A stretch of 64,000 nucleotides of DNA from a virus (lineage: Duplodnaviria; Caudoviricetes): IMG/VR virus record IMGVR_UViG_2791355311_000001, positions 1-64,000 of that record; one strand, given 5' to 3'. The notes under the pieces are model-generated. The model was not told the DNA's origin, did no database searches, and was given only the letters and a program-made list of their open reading frames with translations. The position numbers were made by a program, and so were the translations under genes. Below, piece by piece: positions 36,909-46,884 of the stretch. Within the stretch, counting starts at the first letter, position 1. The number at the start of each line of letters is the position of its first letter.

Positions 36909-37568
36909 TTAACTTCTTTTAGTCATTGTATAAGTGCTAGGTTTGTTCGGTGTTGCTCCTGCCTCAACCAACTTGCCAACCAAATCAAACAAATATCTAC
37001 TCATATCAGTCGGCACAACTAAGCCACCTTGCTGATTTCCTGTAATCAAATTCTCAATTATATTCGCACCTTTGATTAGTTTATTATCCTTAACTTGCTC
37101 TTTTATCGCTTTATGTTGTTCTTCTGCTAGTGTCTGCTCTTGTGCTAGTTTAGCTATTTGTGCATCTAGCATTAGACCTTGTTTATGCAAATTTGCAAGT
37201 TTATCGGGGCGTTGTTCTTGTGCCTCTTCATTCTTTATTTGAGTACCTTTTGTTTGTTCTTTTATGCCCTCAATGTTTGCCGTCAAAGACTCGCCTTGCT
37301 TTTTTAAATTATCTAAATTTGTATCAAAACTAAGTGACTGATTTGCTAGCTCTATCGATATTTGCATTGCTGTTGTAGTAAATGATGTTGTCATTACGGG
37401 CAACATTTCAGCAAAAACCCTTATTCTCTCGTTTGCACTTAATTGATATTCATTAAATTTTTCCTCAAAAAATGCTATAGTCTTATTGTATGGGGAGTTT
37501 TCTTCTACACTTAAAGCCAACACTTCTTTTAAAATTTTCTTGTATTCTTCGGAATAAGTACTCATCAT
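36909..37568 (-). CDS. Phage coiled-coil structural protein
   Basis: Paralogue of 12944-13609. Confidence 0.65.
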   Translation of the reverse strand: MMSTYSEEYKKILKEVLALSVEENSPYNKTIAFFEEKFNEYQLSANERIRVFAEMLPVMTTSFTTTAMQISIELANQSLSFDTNLDNLKKQGESLTANIEGIKEQTKGTQIKNEEAQEQRPDKLANLHKQGLMLDAQIAKLAQEQTLAEEQHKAIKEQVKDNKLIKGANIIENLITGNQQGGLVVPTDMSRYLFDLVGKLVEAGATPNKPSTYTMTKRS

Positions 37569-37843
37569 TTATCCTTTTCAAGTTTTCTAATTTTCAACTT
37601 TTGAATTGTTTGTTCTTGTTCTAAATTTCGCACAACACCCCTAAGCCCATTATCTTCTATGTTTGCAAGCCTAACATTTACGCTATCGTTTGCCACGCTT
37701 AGTTGTTCTATCCTTTGGTTTAGTCTATGCACTTCATTATTTAGCGCTGTTATTTGCTTTGCTTGTTGTTTTAAATTATTTATTTCATTATTTAGTGCTG
37801 TTATTTGTTCTTTTAATACTTCTATCTCATTATTTTCAGCCAT
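37565..37843 (-). CDS. Small coiled-coil phage protein
   Basis: Internal QITALNNE duplication. Paralogue of 13590-13844. Confidence 0.6.
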   Translation of the reverse strand: MAENNEIEVLKEQITALNNEINNLKQQAKQITALNNEVHRLNQRIEQLSVANDSVNVRLANIEDNGLRGVVRNLEQEQTIQKLKIRKLEKDK

Positions 37844-38180
37844 TTACGCGCCTTTCAAAGTGTGGGCAGTCCGTAAAGTTCTTATAGTTTCCACCCCATT
37901 TATTTATAGGGGTTAAACTTTCCCAAAAAGCTCCAATTTCTTTTAAATCATCTTTGTTGGTTAGCCAGTTACCTTCTTTAAATATAAACAAATCAATAGC
38001 ACACTTTATTAAGTGGTTTGAATTGTTTGTTTTGCTTTTTCCTGTTTTTAGATAAATTTCTTGTTGCTCTTTTGTTCTTAAAAGCTCTCCACCTCTTACA
38101 CTGTATCCGTTTGTATGTATATAGTGCAAAAGCTTTTCTACATCTTTCATAAATAATTCTTGTTCTTTTCCTAAACTCAT
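37836..38180 (-). CDS. Endolysin, M15 family peptidase
   Basis: RT.EQQ, S.H....AID, WGG.....D.PHFE. Confidence 0.85.
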   Translation of the reverse strand: MSLGKEQELFMKDVEKLLHYIHTNGYSVRGGELLRTKEQQEIYLKTGKSKTNNSNHLIKCAIDLFIFKEGNWLTNKDDLKEIGAFWESLTPINKWGGNYKNFTDCPHFERRVNG

Positions 38181-38183
38181 CTT

Positions 38184-38456
38184 TTATATTTTCCTTTGAA
38201 AAAAATTAAGTGCAAATTCTTTTAAACTAACTAACATATCACTACCACTAAATGCCCCAACACCACATATAGCAAGGCTTAGCTTTTCGTTAGTTGTAAA
38301 ATAATATGCTATCTCATATACTACATATGCAGAAAAACAACCATCAATTACTCTAAAAAATATATTTCTAAGGTTATGATTTTCCGCTTTGCTCCAGCTT
38401 ACAAAACTGCCTACTATTCCTACTATCAATATATAAATTATGTAAGTTTCTAACAT
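38184..38456 (-). CDS. Putative holin
   Basis: TM segments. YEIAYYFT..EKLSLA matches 14244-14558. Confidence 0.7.
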   Translation of the reverse strand: MLETYIIYILIVGIVGSFVSWSKAENHNLRNIFFRVIDGCFSAYVVYEIAYYFTTNEKLSLAICGVGAFSGSDMLVSLKEFALNFFQRKI

Positions 38457-38458
38457 AT

Positions 38459-38653
38459 TTATATCTTAAATATCATTAGCCATTTTGCAGGGCTAAGAAC
38501 AGCAGAGTATGTACCAACGCTTACTAGCCACGCTATAAATGTTGTGTTTTCATCTTCAAACATCACATCAAAAAAATAAAATGCCCCAATAGACACAGCT
38601 ATCGAGATTATGCCACCTATAAAGAGTGCTAATACCTTTTTCATTTTACGCAC
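38459..38653 (-). CDS. Two-TM membrane protein
   Basis: Two hydrophobic helices, in the lysis cassette. Confidence 0.55.
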   Translation of the reverse strand: MRKMKKVLALFIGGIISIAVSIGAFYFFDVMFEDENTTFIAWLVSVGTYSAVLSPAKWLMIFKI

Positions 38654-38847
38654 TCCAACAGTAGAGCTTCAACTTTTAAATAATACTCCATTAGCCCCTT
38701 TGCGTCCTCAATACTCTCATATTTAGGTTTGTTTGGAATCTCTGCTATACACTTAGTAGGCACTAGCACATCTTTATATACTATTTGTTTAGTAGCACTA
38801 GCACATCCACTAAATAGCATTAATGCTATTATTAAAATGCTTTTCAT
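38641..38847 (-). CDS. Lipoprotein, putative o-spanin
   Basis: Lipobox FSGC and YKDVLVPTKC. Confidence 0.65.
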   Translation of the reverse strand: MKSILIIALMLFSGCASATKQIVYKDVLVPTKCIAEIPNKPKYESIEDAKGLMEYYLKVEALLLECVK

Positions 38848-39203
38848 CTGCTTACCTCCTTAAACAATGCTTCAAAGTAAGCTAGTTTTTTCTCGCAACT
38901 AGCATTTTTTGAAACGCTTTCAACCTTTATCTTTTTATTTAATGCTTTTTGTATATTGTGATTATCTACTTTTAACTTTTTTACAGCCTCATTTTGCTTA
39001 TAAATGATCTCATCTTTTTCTCTAATTTTTACACCCAAAAGTGCATTATCAAGCTTTAAATTTGATAGCTCATTTTTAGAATTTAATAGCTCATTGTTGA
39101 TTGTGTATGTCTTATAAAGAAGCATACAAAGAGTTAAGATAAGCCCGATAATAGCGTAGTTTAGTTTAGAATTCTTAAGTAGATTAAATATTATACTTAT
39201 CAT
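38844..39203 (-). CDS. Putative i-spanin
   Basis: N-terminal TM segment plus coiled coil. Confidence 0.6.
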   Translation of the reverse strand: MISIIFNLLKNSKLNYAIIGLILTLCMLLYKTYTINNELLNSKNELSNLKLDNALLGVKIREKDEIIYKQNEAVKKLKVDNHNIQKALNKKIKVESVSKNASCEKKLAYFEALFKEVSR

Positions 39204-39568
39204 TGTCTATACTTTATTTTGTGATAAAGTCTACAGCTATAATAAAACAGTCTAGTTTTAAATTTATTCACACCCAAAGCTAAAAGAGCTTTTAAAAGCA
39301 TGTCATCAGCATATTTGAAGCTCACATTTTTGAGTGTGTCGTATTTGATAGTGCTATCAGCTACATCACATAAATAATCATGCAAGATAGTAGCCGATAG
39401 ATACTCAGGACTATTTGGTGGAAAGATAGGCCATAAAAGGCGAGGCACATTTGCACCATTGCTTTTATACCCCTTAGGTACTTTTATACCTTCAAAGATA
39501 AAATCTTCTACAACTTCAAATCTATCTTTATTGAAAGGTTTAACTACCACACAATTAATATCCTTCAT
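39200..39568 (-). CDS. DUF1353-like phage protein
   Basis: Nearly identical to 15143-15511. Confidence 0.75.
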   Translation of the reverse strand: MKDINCVVVKPFNKDRFEVVEDFIFEGIKVPKGYKSNGANVPRLLWPIFPPNSPEYLSATILHDYLCDVADSTIKYDTLKNVSFKYADDMLLKALLALGVNKFKTRLFYYSCRLYHKIKYRQ

Positions 39569-39583
39569 CTTTAGTTACTCCTT

Positions 39584-40084
39584 TTATATCTCTAATTCTG
39601 GTAAACCCTCTAAAAGTTCATCAAGGTTTATTGTGCTAGGGTCTTGATCACCTTTCTCAGCTAAAAACATATACCCAGTTTTCCACACTTTAGACTTCCA
39701 CACACCAAAAGCTTTTCCTTCTTCTTGAAAGTCATTTTCATACCCAGCATAAGAACTGGCACTTAAAATATTATCATATCCGTGTTCTTGTGCTTTTTTA
39801 TCTAAATACTCCCCAGCTCTATCCTTAAATTCTTGTATAAGTTTTTCTTTTGTGTATTCTTGTATACTCTTTGTCTCTATGATTTGAGCTACATATTCAC
39901 CATCTACCTCTTTATACTCTACCGTTTGATAATCAGGGTTAATTTGAACTTCTACAACAGGAAGCAACCCAATCTTATTTAGTTCCTCTTTACTTAGTCT
40001 ATCAAGATAAAATATCCCATCATCTGTAGTTACATAACTATCAAATACAAACCTTTTTTCTTTTTTATCAAAGTATTTTTTCAT
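39584..40084 (-). CDS. Tail fibre assembly/chaperone-like protein
   Basis: Identical to 15808-16320 except the last ~22 aa. Confidence 0.65.
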   Translation of the reverse strand: MKKYFDKKEKRFVFDSYVTTDDGIFYLDRLSKEELNKIGLLPVVEVQINPDYQTVEYKEVDGEYVAQIIETKSIQEYTKEKLIQEFKDRAGEYLDKKAQEHGYDNILSASSYAGYENDFQEEGKAFGVWKSKVWKTGYMFLAEKGDQDPSTINLDELLEGLPELEI

Positions 40085-41198
40085 TTTTTATCCTTATCTC
40101 CAAGCTGTGTTGGCGTTCTTGTTTCTAAACTTAGATGGAACATTACTTTTTGACAATGCTGAGCCTTGAGCAAAATATTGGTATATAGCAACACGACCAA
40201 CGCTCCAGTTAGTTATGTTTTTGTTAAACTTTTTACAATCGTGGAACATAAAGGACATATCAATAACTTTATCAGTCTTGAAATGTTCTAAAGTCTGATT
40301 AAACTCATAGCAGTCCCAAAACATACTATTCATATCAGTAACATTTTCTGTATTGAGGTTATTTAAAGACTGGTTAAATTTCTTACAACCGTAGAACATA
40401 TCAGCCATATTTGTAATTTGTGTTGTATCCCAAAGACTAATATCAGGGTCATTAAAGTACAGACTGTTATTTGCATTTGAGTCATTCTTAAAAAGATATT
40501 TAAACGAAGTTGGTGGCTTTGAGAAATATAAACCATCATTAGGTTTAAATGTATAAGGAGTTCCTCCTCGCTCTACGTATTTTGGGTATACTGGGTCTTT
40601 AGTGGTATGTGTCAGTGGAAAATATGTACCTTTGAATCTTTGGACTTTAGATTCAACACTATTGCTGTTATTAACTGTTATATGTGACATTTTGATATCA
40701 GTAGGACTAACAGCAAAATAAATAAAAAGCTCATAGCCATATAAATTTTTTGGTACTACTTTAAACTTACACATACTACCAAATCCTGATATTTTAGAGC
40801 CATCCATTACTACTATCATCCCAGTTTGCCCAGCAATTGCGTTGTTTAAAGACAGTGTTTCTTTTGTAGATGGGGTTATAACAAAGTTGTTACTCTGTCT
40901 TAAATCAGCACTTAAACTTGTTTGTTCCCTTTTATCAAATGCAGTCTGTCCTGCTTTTTTTAGATATAAAAATTCAGCTGAAGTTTTGTCTATTTTCTTA
41001 TCTATCAACTCTTTAAGGACTTTACCTTGATTGGCACTAAGGGCTTCCTTTGGCGATGAACTAGCAAGATTATCTGTTACTGTTGTATAGTTTGCGTTTT
41101 CTGAACGAATATACCTACTATCTGCACTACTTTGAGTTAAAAATCCTGAAGTGCTAGGTATAGCGCTTCTTACAGAGTTTAACTCATTCTTTGTAGCA
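39657..41198. repeat. 1542-bp near-identical copy of 15893-17434
   Basis: Direct comparison. Confidence 0.9.
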
Positions 41199-42220
41199 TA
41201 AGTGTTATTTGCATTTACGGTAGTAAGATAGTTAGCTAGTGCTGAACTTAATGCATATTTACCATCGCTTTGTGCTTTTGTATAAACATCTCCTAAAAGC
41301 TCGTTTATCTTATTACTTGAATAAACCTTATTAATAGCACTTGAGTTGTCGTTTATAAGATTGGTCAATTTCTCATCTACATTTATATCTGCTAATTTTT
41401 GTTCTATTTTATTACTACTATATGTTTGAGTTTGTGAAACTACATTATCATTTATAACACCCCCAGAGATAACTTGATTTATTTGCTCTTTTATCTCAGA
41501 TAAACTACTCCCCAACTCTTTTAATTCAGCCTTTTTTTGGTCTAACTCATCATTAGCCGAATTCACATTTTGCATAAAGTCTTGTATTTGCTCTTTTAAC
41601 TCGTTAGTTTCAGCTTTTGCGCTTTTAACAATTTGTAACACTTCATCGCTTTTCTCTTGTTGTATATTTTCAAGATGTTTCTCTATTTGTGTAAATTTTG
41701 TGTGCTTATCATCTGTATAGGCTCTTAACTCATCGGTTTTTAAATCAATATGCCTTTTCGCACTATCAACGCTTGTCAATGTTTGATTAACCTTTTCTGC
41801 ATTTTTTCTAAAATCATTTGTAGCGTTTGTTATCTCATCGTGCTTTTGCTTAATATCATTAGCATATCTTTTACTTTCATCTGCCTTACTTATTGCATTT
41901 CTTTCAGCGGTTAAAGCACTTTGCTTAAGGCTTTCAAGTGTTGATTTTAAGGTATCTAAGGTATTATGAAATTCATTAAATAAGCTATATTTACTGTCAA
42001 AATCACCCTTTTCGTTTTCAAAAGTGTTTTTGACCTCATTTATACCTTGTTCTATTGTTTCAACCCTATCTTTAGCTTGTGTAATGCTTTCGTTTATACC
42101 TTTTATTTCTGTTAAATTGATAGTCTTTATAGCACTTTCTAACTCTGTTGTTTGTGTTAGCAAAAACTTTAATGCCTCTAGCGTTTCATCAGCTAATTTT
42201 AACTCGTGCATACTTATCAT
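40094..42220 (-). CDS. Tail fibre: coiled coil plus C-terminal BspA/DUF285-like tip
   Basis: C-terminal ~365 aa match 16330-17775 apart from one T/A change. Confidence 0.75.
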   Translation of the reverse strand: MISMHELKLADETLEALKFLLTQTTELESAIKTINLTEIKGINESITQAKDRVETIEQGINEVKNTFENEKGDFDSKYSLFNEFHNTLDTLKSTLESLKQSALTAERNAISKADESKRYANDIKQKHDEITNATNDFRKNAEKVNQTLTSVDSAKRHIDLKTDELRAYTDDKHTKFTQIEKHLENIQQEKSDEVLQIVKSAKAETNELKEQIQDFMQNVNSANDELDQKKAELKELGSSLSEIKEQINQVISGGVINDNVVSQTQTYSSNKIEQKLADINVDEKLTNLINDNSSAINKVYSSNKINELLGDVYTKAQSDGKYALSSALANYLTTVNANNTYATKNELNSVRSAIPSTSGFLTQSSADSRYIRSENANYTTVTDNLASSSPKEALSANQGKVLKELIDKKIDKTSAEFLYLKKAGQTAFDKREQTSLSADLRQSNNFVITPSTKETLSLNNAIAGQTGMIVVMDGSKISGFGSMCKFKVVPKNLYGYELFIYFAVSPTDIKMSHITVNNSNSVESKVQRFKGTYFPLTHTTKDPVYPKYVERGGTPYTFKPNDGLYFSKPPTSFKYLFKNDSNANNSLYFNDPDISLWDTTQITNMADMFYGCKKFNQSLNNLNTENVTDMNSMFWDCYEFNQTLEHFKTDKVIDMSFMFHDCKKFNKNITNWSVGRVAIYQYFAQGSALSKSNVPSKFRNKNANTAWR

Positions 42221-42354
42221 AATTTAGCCTTTTTGATAGTTTCTTTACACTCAATGAAATGTTTAGCCATATTTTTTAAAAACTTAAGCAAATCAATATC
42301 AGCTATTGATTTTACATTGTCAATTAAGTGTATTTTGTCTTTTTCATTAATCAT
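42217..42354 (-). CDS. 45-aa hypothetical protein MINEKDKIHL... (not in the ORF track)
   Basis: Fills the gap and overlaps both neighbours. Confidence 0.4.
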   Translation of the reverse strand: MINEKDKIHLIDNVKSIADIDLLKFLKNMAKHFIECKETIKKAKL

Positions 42355-42730
42355 AATAAACCTCTATACCGTCATTTGCGTTAAATTGATTGATTATATC
42401 CATAGCTAACTGCCTAAACCCCATATCTTTATTAAGTAAGAAAAGCACTTCATACATAACAGCATAAGTTAATACTTCATCTATTTGTATATGTTTTTCA
42501 GTTGAGTTTATATCTACTTTATCGGGTATTCTTAGCCCAAACCCATTGCTTAATCTTCTCAATAATCTTATGTTTGTTGTGTCTTTTACTACCAATTCAG
42601 ATGGTACACATTTTGTAGCTACAAATACAATCGCCTCTTTAACTAATTCATTTAAAAGTTCATCGCTAGGGAGATTGATACCACTCTTCCCCCTTAGCGA
42701 CAATAACTTTTTAAACTCACTTGCAATCAT
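42347..42730 (-). CDS. Putative head-tail adaptor
   Basis: Follows the capsid gene. P.EL motif shared with 19372-20019. Confidence 0.45.
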   Translation of the reverse strand: MIASEFKKLLSLRGKSGINLPSDELLNELVKEAIVFVATKCVPSELVVKDTTNIRLLRRLSNGFGLRIPDKVDINSTEKHIQIDEVLTYAVMYEVLFLLNKDMGFRQLAMDIINQFNANDGIEVYYD

Positions 42731-43712
42731 TATGCACGAAGTCCTACACCTATACAGAATGCGTCCGCGTTTCTAACTTCAAGACAACCCTCAGTATAAA
42801 ATCTCTTTTGAGTTGCTGTTTTAGAGGTTGGCACTTCCTCAATAGTAGTCGGAATTAATAAGCCCATTTTTGCATAATCAAAATCACCGGCAATTAAGAC
42901 ATCATCAAGACCGTATTTAGTGTTTAAAAATCTGTGTAATCTAAAATTAACTACCCCAAAATCAGTTTCTAAGCTTGTTACTCTTGTGTTGATTTTCTTT
43001 TCGCCCCCAAATTGTCTAGTAGCCATTTTATTAATAGCTTGTTTTAAACTAGCACCGATAAAAACATCTTTTGGAGTTGCACCACTATCCCATATCTTTT
43101 GTAAAATAGTATTTAGCTCTTTCTCTGTTAAAGGTGTTTTTGTGCCTTGCCAATTTTGTGAGTTGTCAAAAGCCAAAACATTGCCCCTAGCACCACTTGT
43201 AAATGCACTCGCCCCTTTTGCTAAGTAGTAAAACAATCCTGCCATTTCAGCCGGTGTTTCATCAGCTCTTGTTGTTGGTTTTAAAAATACACTTTGTTTA
43301 GCGTCGCTATTTCTACCTAAGCCCAAAAGTGCATACTCAATATCTAGTTTATGCTCTTTTGTTTTCTTGCCTAATTCGTGTTGTAACTCTTTTCCGCCAT
43401 AGGTTTTAACAGCTTGCATAGTTTTAGAAACCATTACATCAGTTGTAAATATTTGAGTTGAGTTTGTAACGCTTTGTTTAGTTGATTTTGCTGCACCTGT
43501 AAAGTCGCTTATCTCTTTTTGAGCATTTTTCTTTGGGTCTGCCAAGCTATCTACTATCCAACTATGTGTGATACCTGATACTTTGCTTTTACCTATAAGT
43601 GATAATAAAGGTGTGTCTTCAGCACCTACCATAATGATTTTGTCATAAACTGATGGGACTAAGCCCTCTCTTCTTGTGGCTGGGTTTTGAAACCCTGTTG
43701 AAGTTATTGCCA
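42730..43712 (-). CDS. Major capsid protein (SU10/DUF5309-like; start likely MAITSTGF)
   Basis: EDTPLLS.IG, HSW..D, NSTQIF...V.VS.T, EHKLDIEYA, E..LEVRN..A. Confidence 0.85.
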
Positions 43713-43859
43713 TTTCGTTTCCTTTGTTGTTAAATTTCAACAACTTTAACGAATAAGGCAGTCCAAAAACTACCCAATTTTTGGACTTTTAAAAGAAAAA
43801 TAGCGTTAAATTAAAAATTCATAATGATTAATTCTTTACGAGCTGTTTTGTTCTTAATT

Positions 43860-46800
43860 TCATTTAGTTTCCTTTTCTTTGTTTTCTATGCCTAAATCTT
43901 TCGCTAATTGTGTAATTGCACCTTTACTTAGCTTTCTTTGTTTTGCTTTATCAAGTAAAAATTTCCTCATTGCTACCGATTTTCTTGCCAAATTTCGCTC
44001 AAAATCTGTTAAATCATTTTCGGTTATATCTGCCAAACTATCGGCTAATATTTTGGTTATATTCCTAACCTCTTTGCCTTCTTGGTTTTTTTGTGGTATA
44101 ATTCTTTTAGCAGATGAATGTGCTTTAGCACCAGTCCCAGTTCCATTATTGGAAGTGATAGGTAAGGACGCCCTATCCATCTGCCTTTTAATTAATCTCT
44201 TAATTTCTTTTTTATTTGAGCTTCTTAAAGCGTGAACTATAAGATTTACATCCTCTTTGTTTCTTTGAATCCCTATATACCCTGTCTTATTGTCTTTCAG
44301 TTTTTTTAATAAGATAGCATTGTCTTCATTGCTCCCATCTAAGAAATGTGTTGGGTTGTTTTTGATTGCGTAAATAAGCCTAGCCACGTCTCCTTGTGTT
44401 TTAAACACGTTGGGATGTTTTTCTCTTAATTTGTCTAAATTTGTCTGTATTGGCGTATCGTTTATTTTTGCTTTTTCTCTAACATTTTTTGGTACATCAA
44501 ACAGAGTATTTTTGTATTCAAGAACCCCGTTCTGCATAGTAAAACCATCGCCTTTTATTATAGGCTCTATGTTGTTGCCAACTTCTGCTAATTCTTTTGC
44601 GTCGTTTAGTACATCTTGCAAAGTTTTAATAGTTTCTTTTGGGGCATTTGTGCGTTTTAAACTTTCTATATAATCACTAAACCCATTATCTTTTGCTTTT
44701 GCGTGTTTTAGTCCTTCTGCCAAATGATAATAAAATGCACTATCATCGCCCATATAAGGTATATATTTTTGTGCTTTAGCCCTTATAGCATTGACTGTTG
44801 CTGTTTTACTAGCACCCTCAAAGGTAGTAGCTATCCCCTTGTTAAATAATTTCGGTTTAATGTATGTGTTTTCTAAGGCTTGTAAGATGTCTATGACATT
44901 ACCTCTAGTTTTTGCCAATTTGTCTATTTGCTCTTTTATTGCTTTTGCTCTTTTGCTTTTGAAATTCATCTTTTCTAAAACTTCAGACAATGCTATTGAG
45001 TCTAGTGCCTCTTTCTTGTTATATGTTCCACTTATCCCCGTAGCCCCATCTATGTAATGCTTTAGCAAAGCCGACTCAAATCTTTCTGCCTCTTCATCAG
45101 ATAGCCTGTTAATAAAATCATCATATATCTTGCCTTGCGACTTATAAGCCCCCTCAAATGCATTTACAATATCTTCCATACTACTATCTTTATTTATAAC
45201 AGTCTCAAAAAACTTATTGCCCGATATATGCTTCATATCTTTGTAATTTTTTAGGTTGTCTTTTAGATATTTAATCGCGTCACCATCGGCTAAAAGCTCA
45301 TCCATAGCTTGCTCTAATATCTCTTTGCCCCTTGCAAAATCAATCTTTGTAGCTTGTGTAACCTTATCCTTGTTTAATATATCGTTTAGCCCTTTATTAT
45401 AATCAGACCTAAGCTTATTTAAATCCTTAACGCCTAACTCTTTGCCCCTTAGATTTTCAAACGCATTGATAATTTCTTGTGTTTTATCTGAACTTTTATC
45501 AAACTCATTAAGCCTACTTGTAACATCATCTATCATATCATCAATAGCTTTATCGCTTAATGTTACGGTTTTAGCCCCACCCCTATTTTCTACAAAATCT
45601 GCAAGTTCGTCTATTGCTCTCCCAAAGTTACCTTTGGTGTTGTTGTAATAATTTTCTACTATTGTTGATAATGCGTTTTTATCGCCCTCATCAAGTCTTA
45701 GTGCTTGTTTTATTTTGCTTATATCATCGTGTGCTATTTCTTGTAATTTTCTCGCCCCATTACCTGAGCTATCTTGTCTTAACGCGTCAATAAGCCTTGC
45801 GGACTCTTTCCTATCACTTAACGCTGTGTTTAATATATCTTCTCTAATCTTATCAACGCCACCACTTTCTTGTATCTTTTTAGAAACATCATCAAGGTGT
45901 AATTTTTCAGCTAGATATGAGCTAAAATCTTTTATTTTATTGATAACAGGATTAAATGCTTGTATATCGGTATAGCCCCCACTATCTACACTAAGCCCGT
46001 CTTTTTCTGCCCCTTTTAAAATTAAATCTCTTTCATCTCCTGCTATTGCCTTTGATACCTTTTCAGCACCACTGGCATTTGCAGTCGGCACACTTTTTAA
46101 AACATCTCCTGCAAGACCTGCTACTTTGCCTGTTGGTGTGTGAGTTAATACCCATTTCCCTGCATTTAACGCAGGTTTTGCACTTTTTCCCAATGCCTTA
46201 AATGCTAAATCGCCACCAGCTGAAAACCCAGCTTCTTCTACTACTTTTTGTGCTAAATCTTTTAAATTAATATTTTGTTCTGTGGCATTTGAGTTTATAA
46301 TACCATCAACTCCACCACCCAAACCACTGCCAACTGCACCACGAGCCACATTTGATAAGAAGCTTTTCCCACCTTTAACAGCTAATGCCCCACCTATGAT
46401 TGAGCCTAGATTATCTCTGCCAATTCTGGCGATATGTTTTAAAATCCCGTCGTCTAAATCTATTAAATCATCTCCCCTTTCAATATACATAGTGTTAGTA
46501 TCATTATCAACGATAAGCCCATCGCCTAGCTTGTTTGCTCTAATAACATCGCCTATTTTTCCTAAGAATTCGCCCTTTTTCTTATCATCGCTAAATATAG
46601 GCTTTGAGCTATCATATCTTGACAGAGAATTATTTACAGCACTTCTTAAATCATCATCGTTTTTAACATTGCTAAATTCATCTTTATAGTCTTTTCCATA
46701 GCCTAATGCACCGCTTACACCTTTAACCCCAAGTTCTGCTATATTTTTCATAGGGCTTATAAATGGTAGGTCTAATTCTAAGGGCTTATCTTCTGCCTCG

Positions 46801-46883
46801 ATATTAGGTTTAAACCCTTTTAATTTTTCCAAATGCTTTTTTATACTATTTCTTGCTACATTTTCATCAATTAAGCCATTCAT
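43860..46883 (-). CDS. Large internal virion/ejection protein, possibly with a C-terminal BECR-like domain
   Basis: 1007 aa with Gly/Ala hydrophobic patches. KHP..F....DV..LI..IK.NP...GI.......I.HA segment near the C-terminus. Confidence 0.55.
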   Translation of the reverse strand: MNGLIDENVARNSIKKHLEKLKGFKPNIEAEDKPLELDLPFISPMKNIAELGVKGVSGALGYGKDYKDEFSNVKNDDDLRSAVNNSLSRYDSSKPIFSDDKKKGEFLGKIGDVIRANKLGDGLIVDNDTNTMYIERGDDLIDLDDGILKHIARIGRDNLGSIIGGALAVKGGKSFLSNVARGAVGSGLGGGVDGIINSNATEQNINLKDLAQKVVEEAGFSAGGDLAFKALGKSAKPALNAGKWVLTHTPTGKVAGLAGDVLKSVPTANASGAEKVSKAIAGDERDLILKGAEKDGLSVDSGGYTDIQAFNPVINKIKDFSSYLAEKLHLDDVSKKIQESGGVDKIREDILNTALSDRKESARLIDALRQDSSGNGARKLQEIAHDDISKIKQALRLDEGDKNALSTIVENYYNNTKGNFGRAIDELADFVENRGGAKTVTLSDKAIDDMIDDVTSRLNEFDKSSDKTQEIINAFENLRGKELGVKDLNKLRSDYNKGLNDILNKDKVTQATKIDFARGKEILEQAMDELLADGDAIKYLKDNLKNYKDMKHISGNKFFETVINKDSSMEDIVNAFEGAYKSQGKIYDDFINRLSDEEAERFESALLKHYIDGATGISGTYNKKEALDSIALSEVLEKMNFKSKRAKAIKEQIDKLAKTRGNVIDILQALENTYIKPKLFNKGIATTFEGASKTATVNAIRAKAQKYIPYMGDDSAFYYHLAEGLKHAKAKDNGFSDYIESLKRTNAPKETIKTLQDVLNDAKELAEVGNNIEPIIKGDGFTMQNGVLEYKNTLFDVPKNVREKAKINDTPIQTNLDKLREKHPNVFKTQGDVARLIYAIKNNPTHFLDGSNEDNAILLKKLKDNKTGYIGIQRNKEDVNLIVHALRSSNKKEIKRLIKRQMDRASLPITSNNGTGTGAKAHSSAKRIIPQKNQEGKEVRNITKILADSLADITENDLTDFERNLARKSVAMRKFLLDKAKQRKLSKGAITQLAKDLGIENKEKETK

Positions 46884-46884
46884 A

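Noticed and set aside
15893-41198. Diversity-generating retroelement TR/VR pair in the tail fibres
   Set aside because: No reverse transcriptase in the window. The repeat is 1.5 kb with only two visible differences, one not at an adenine.
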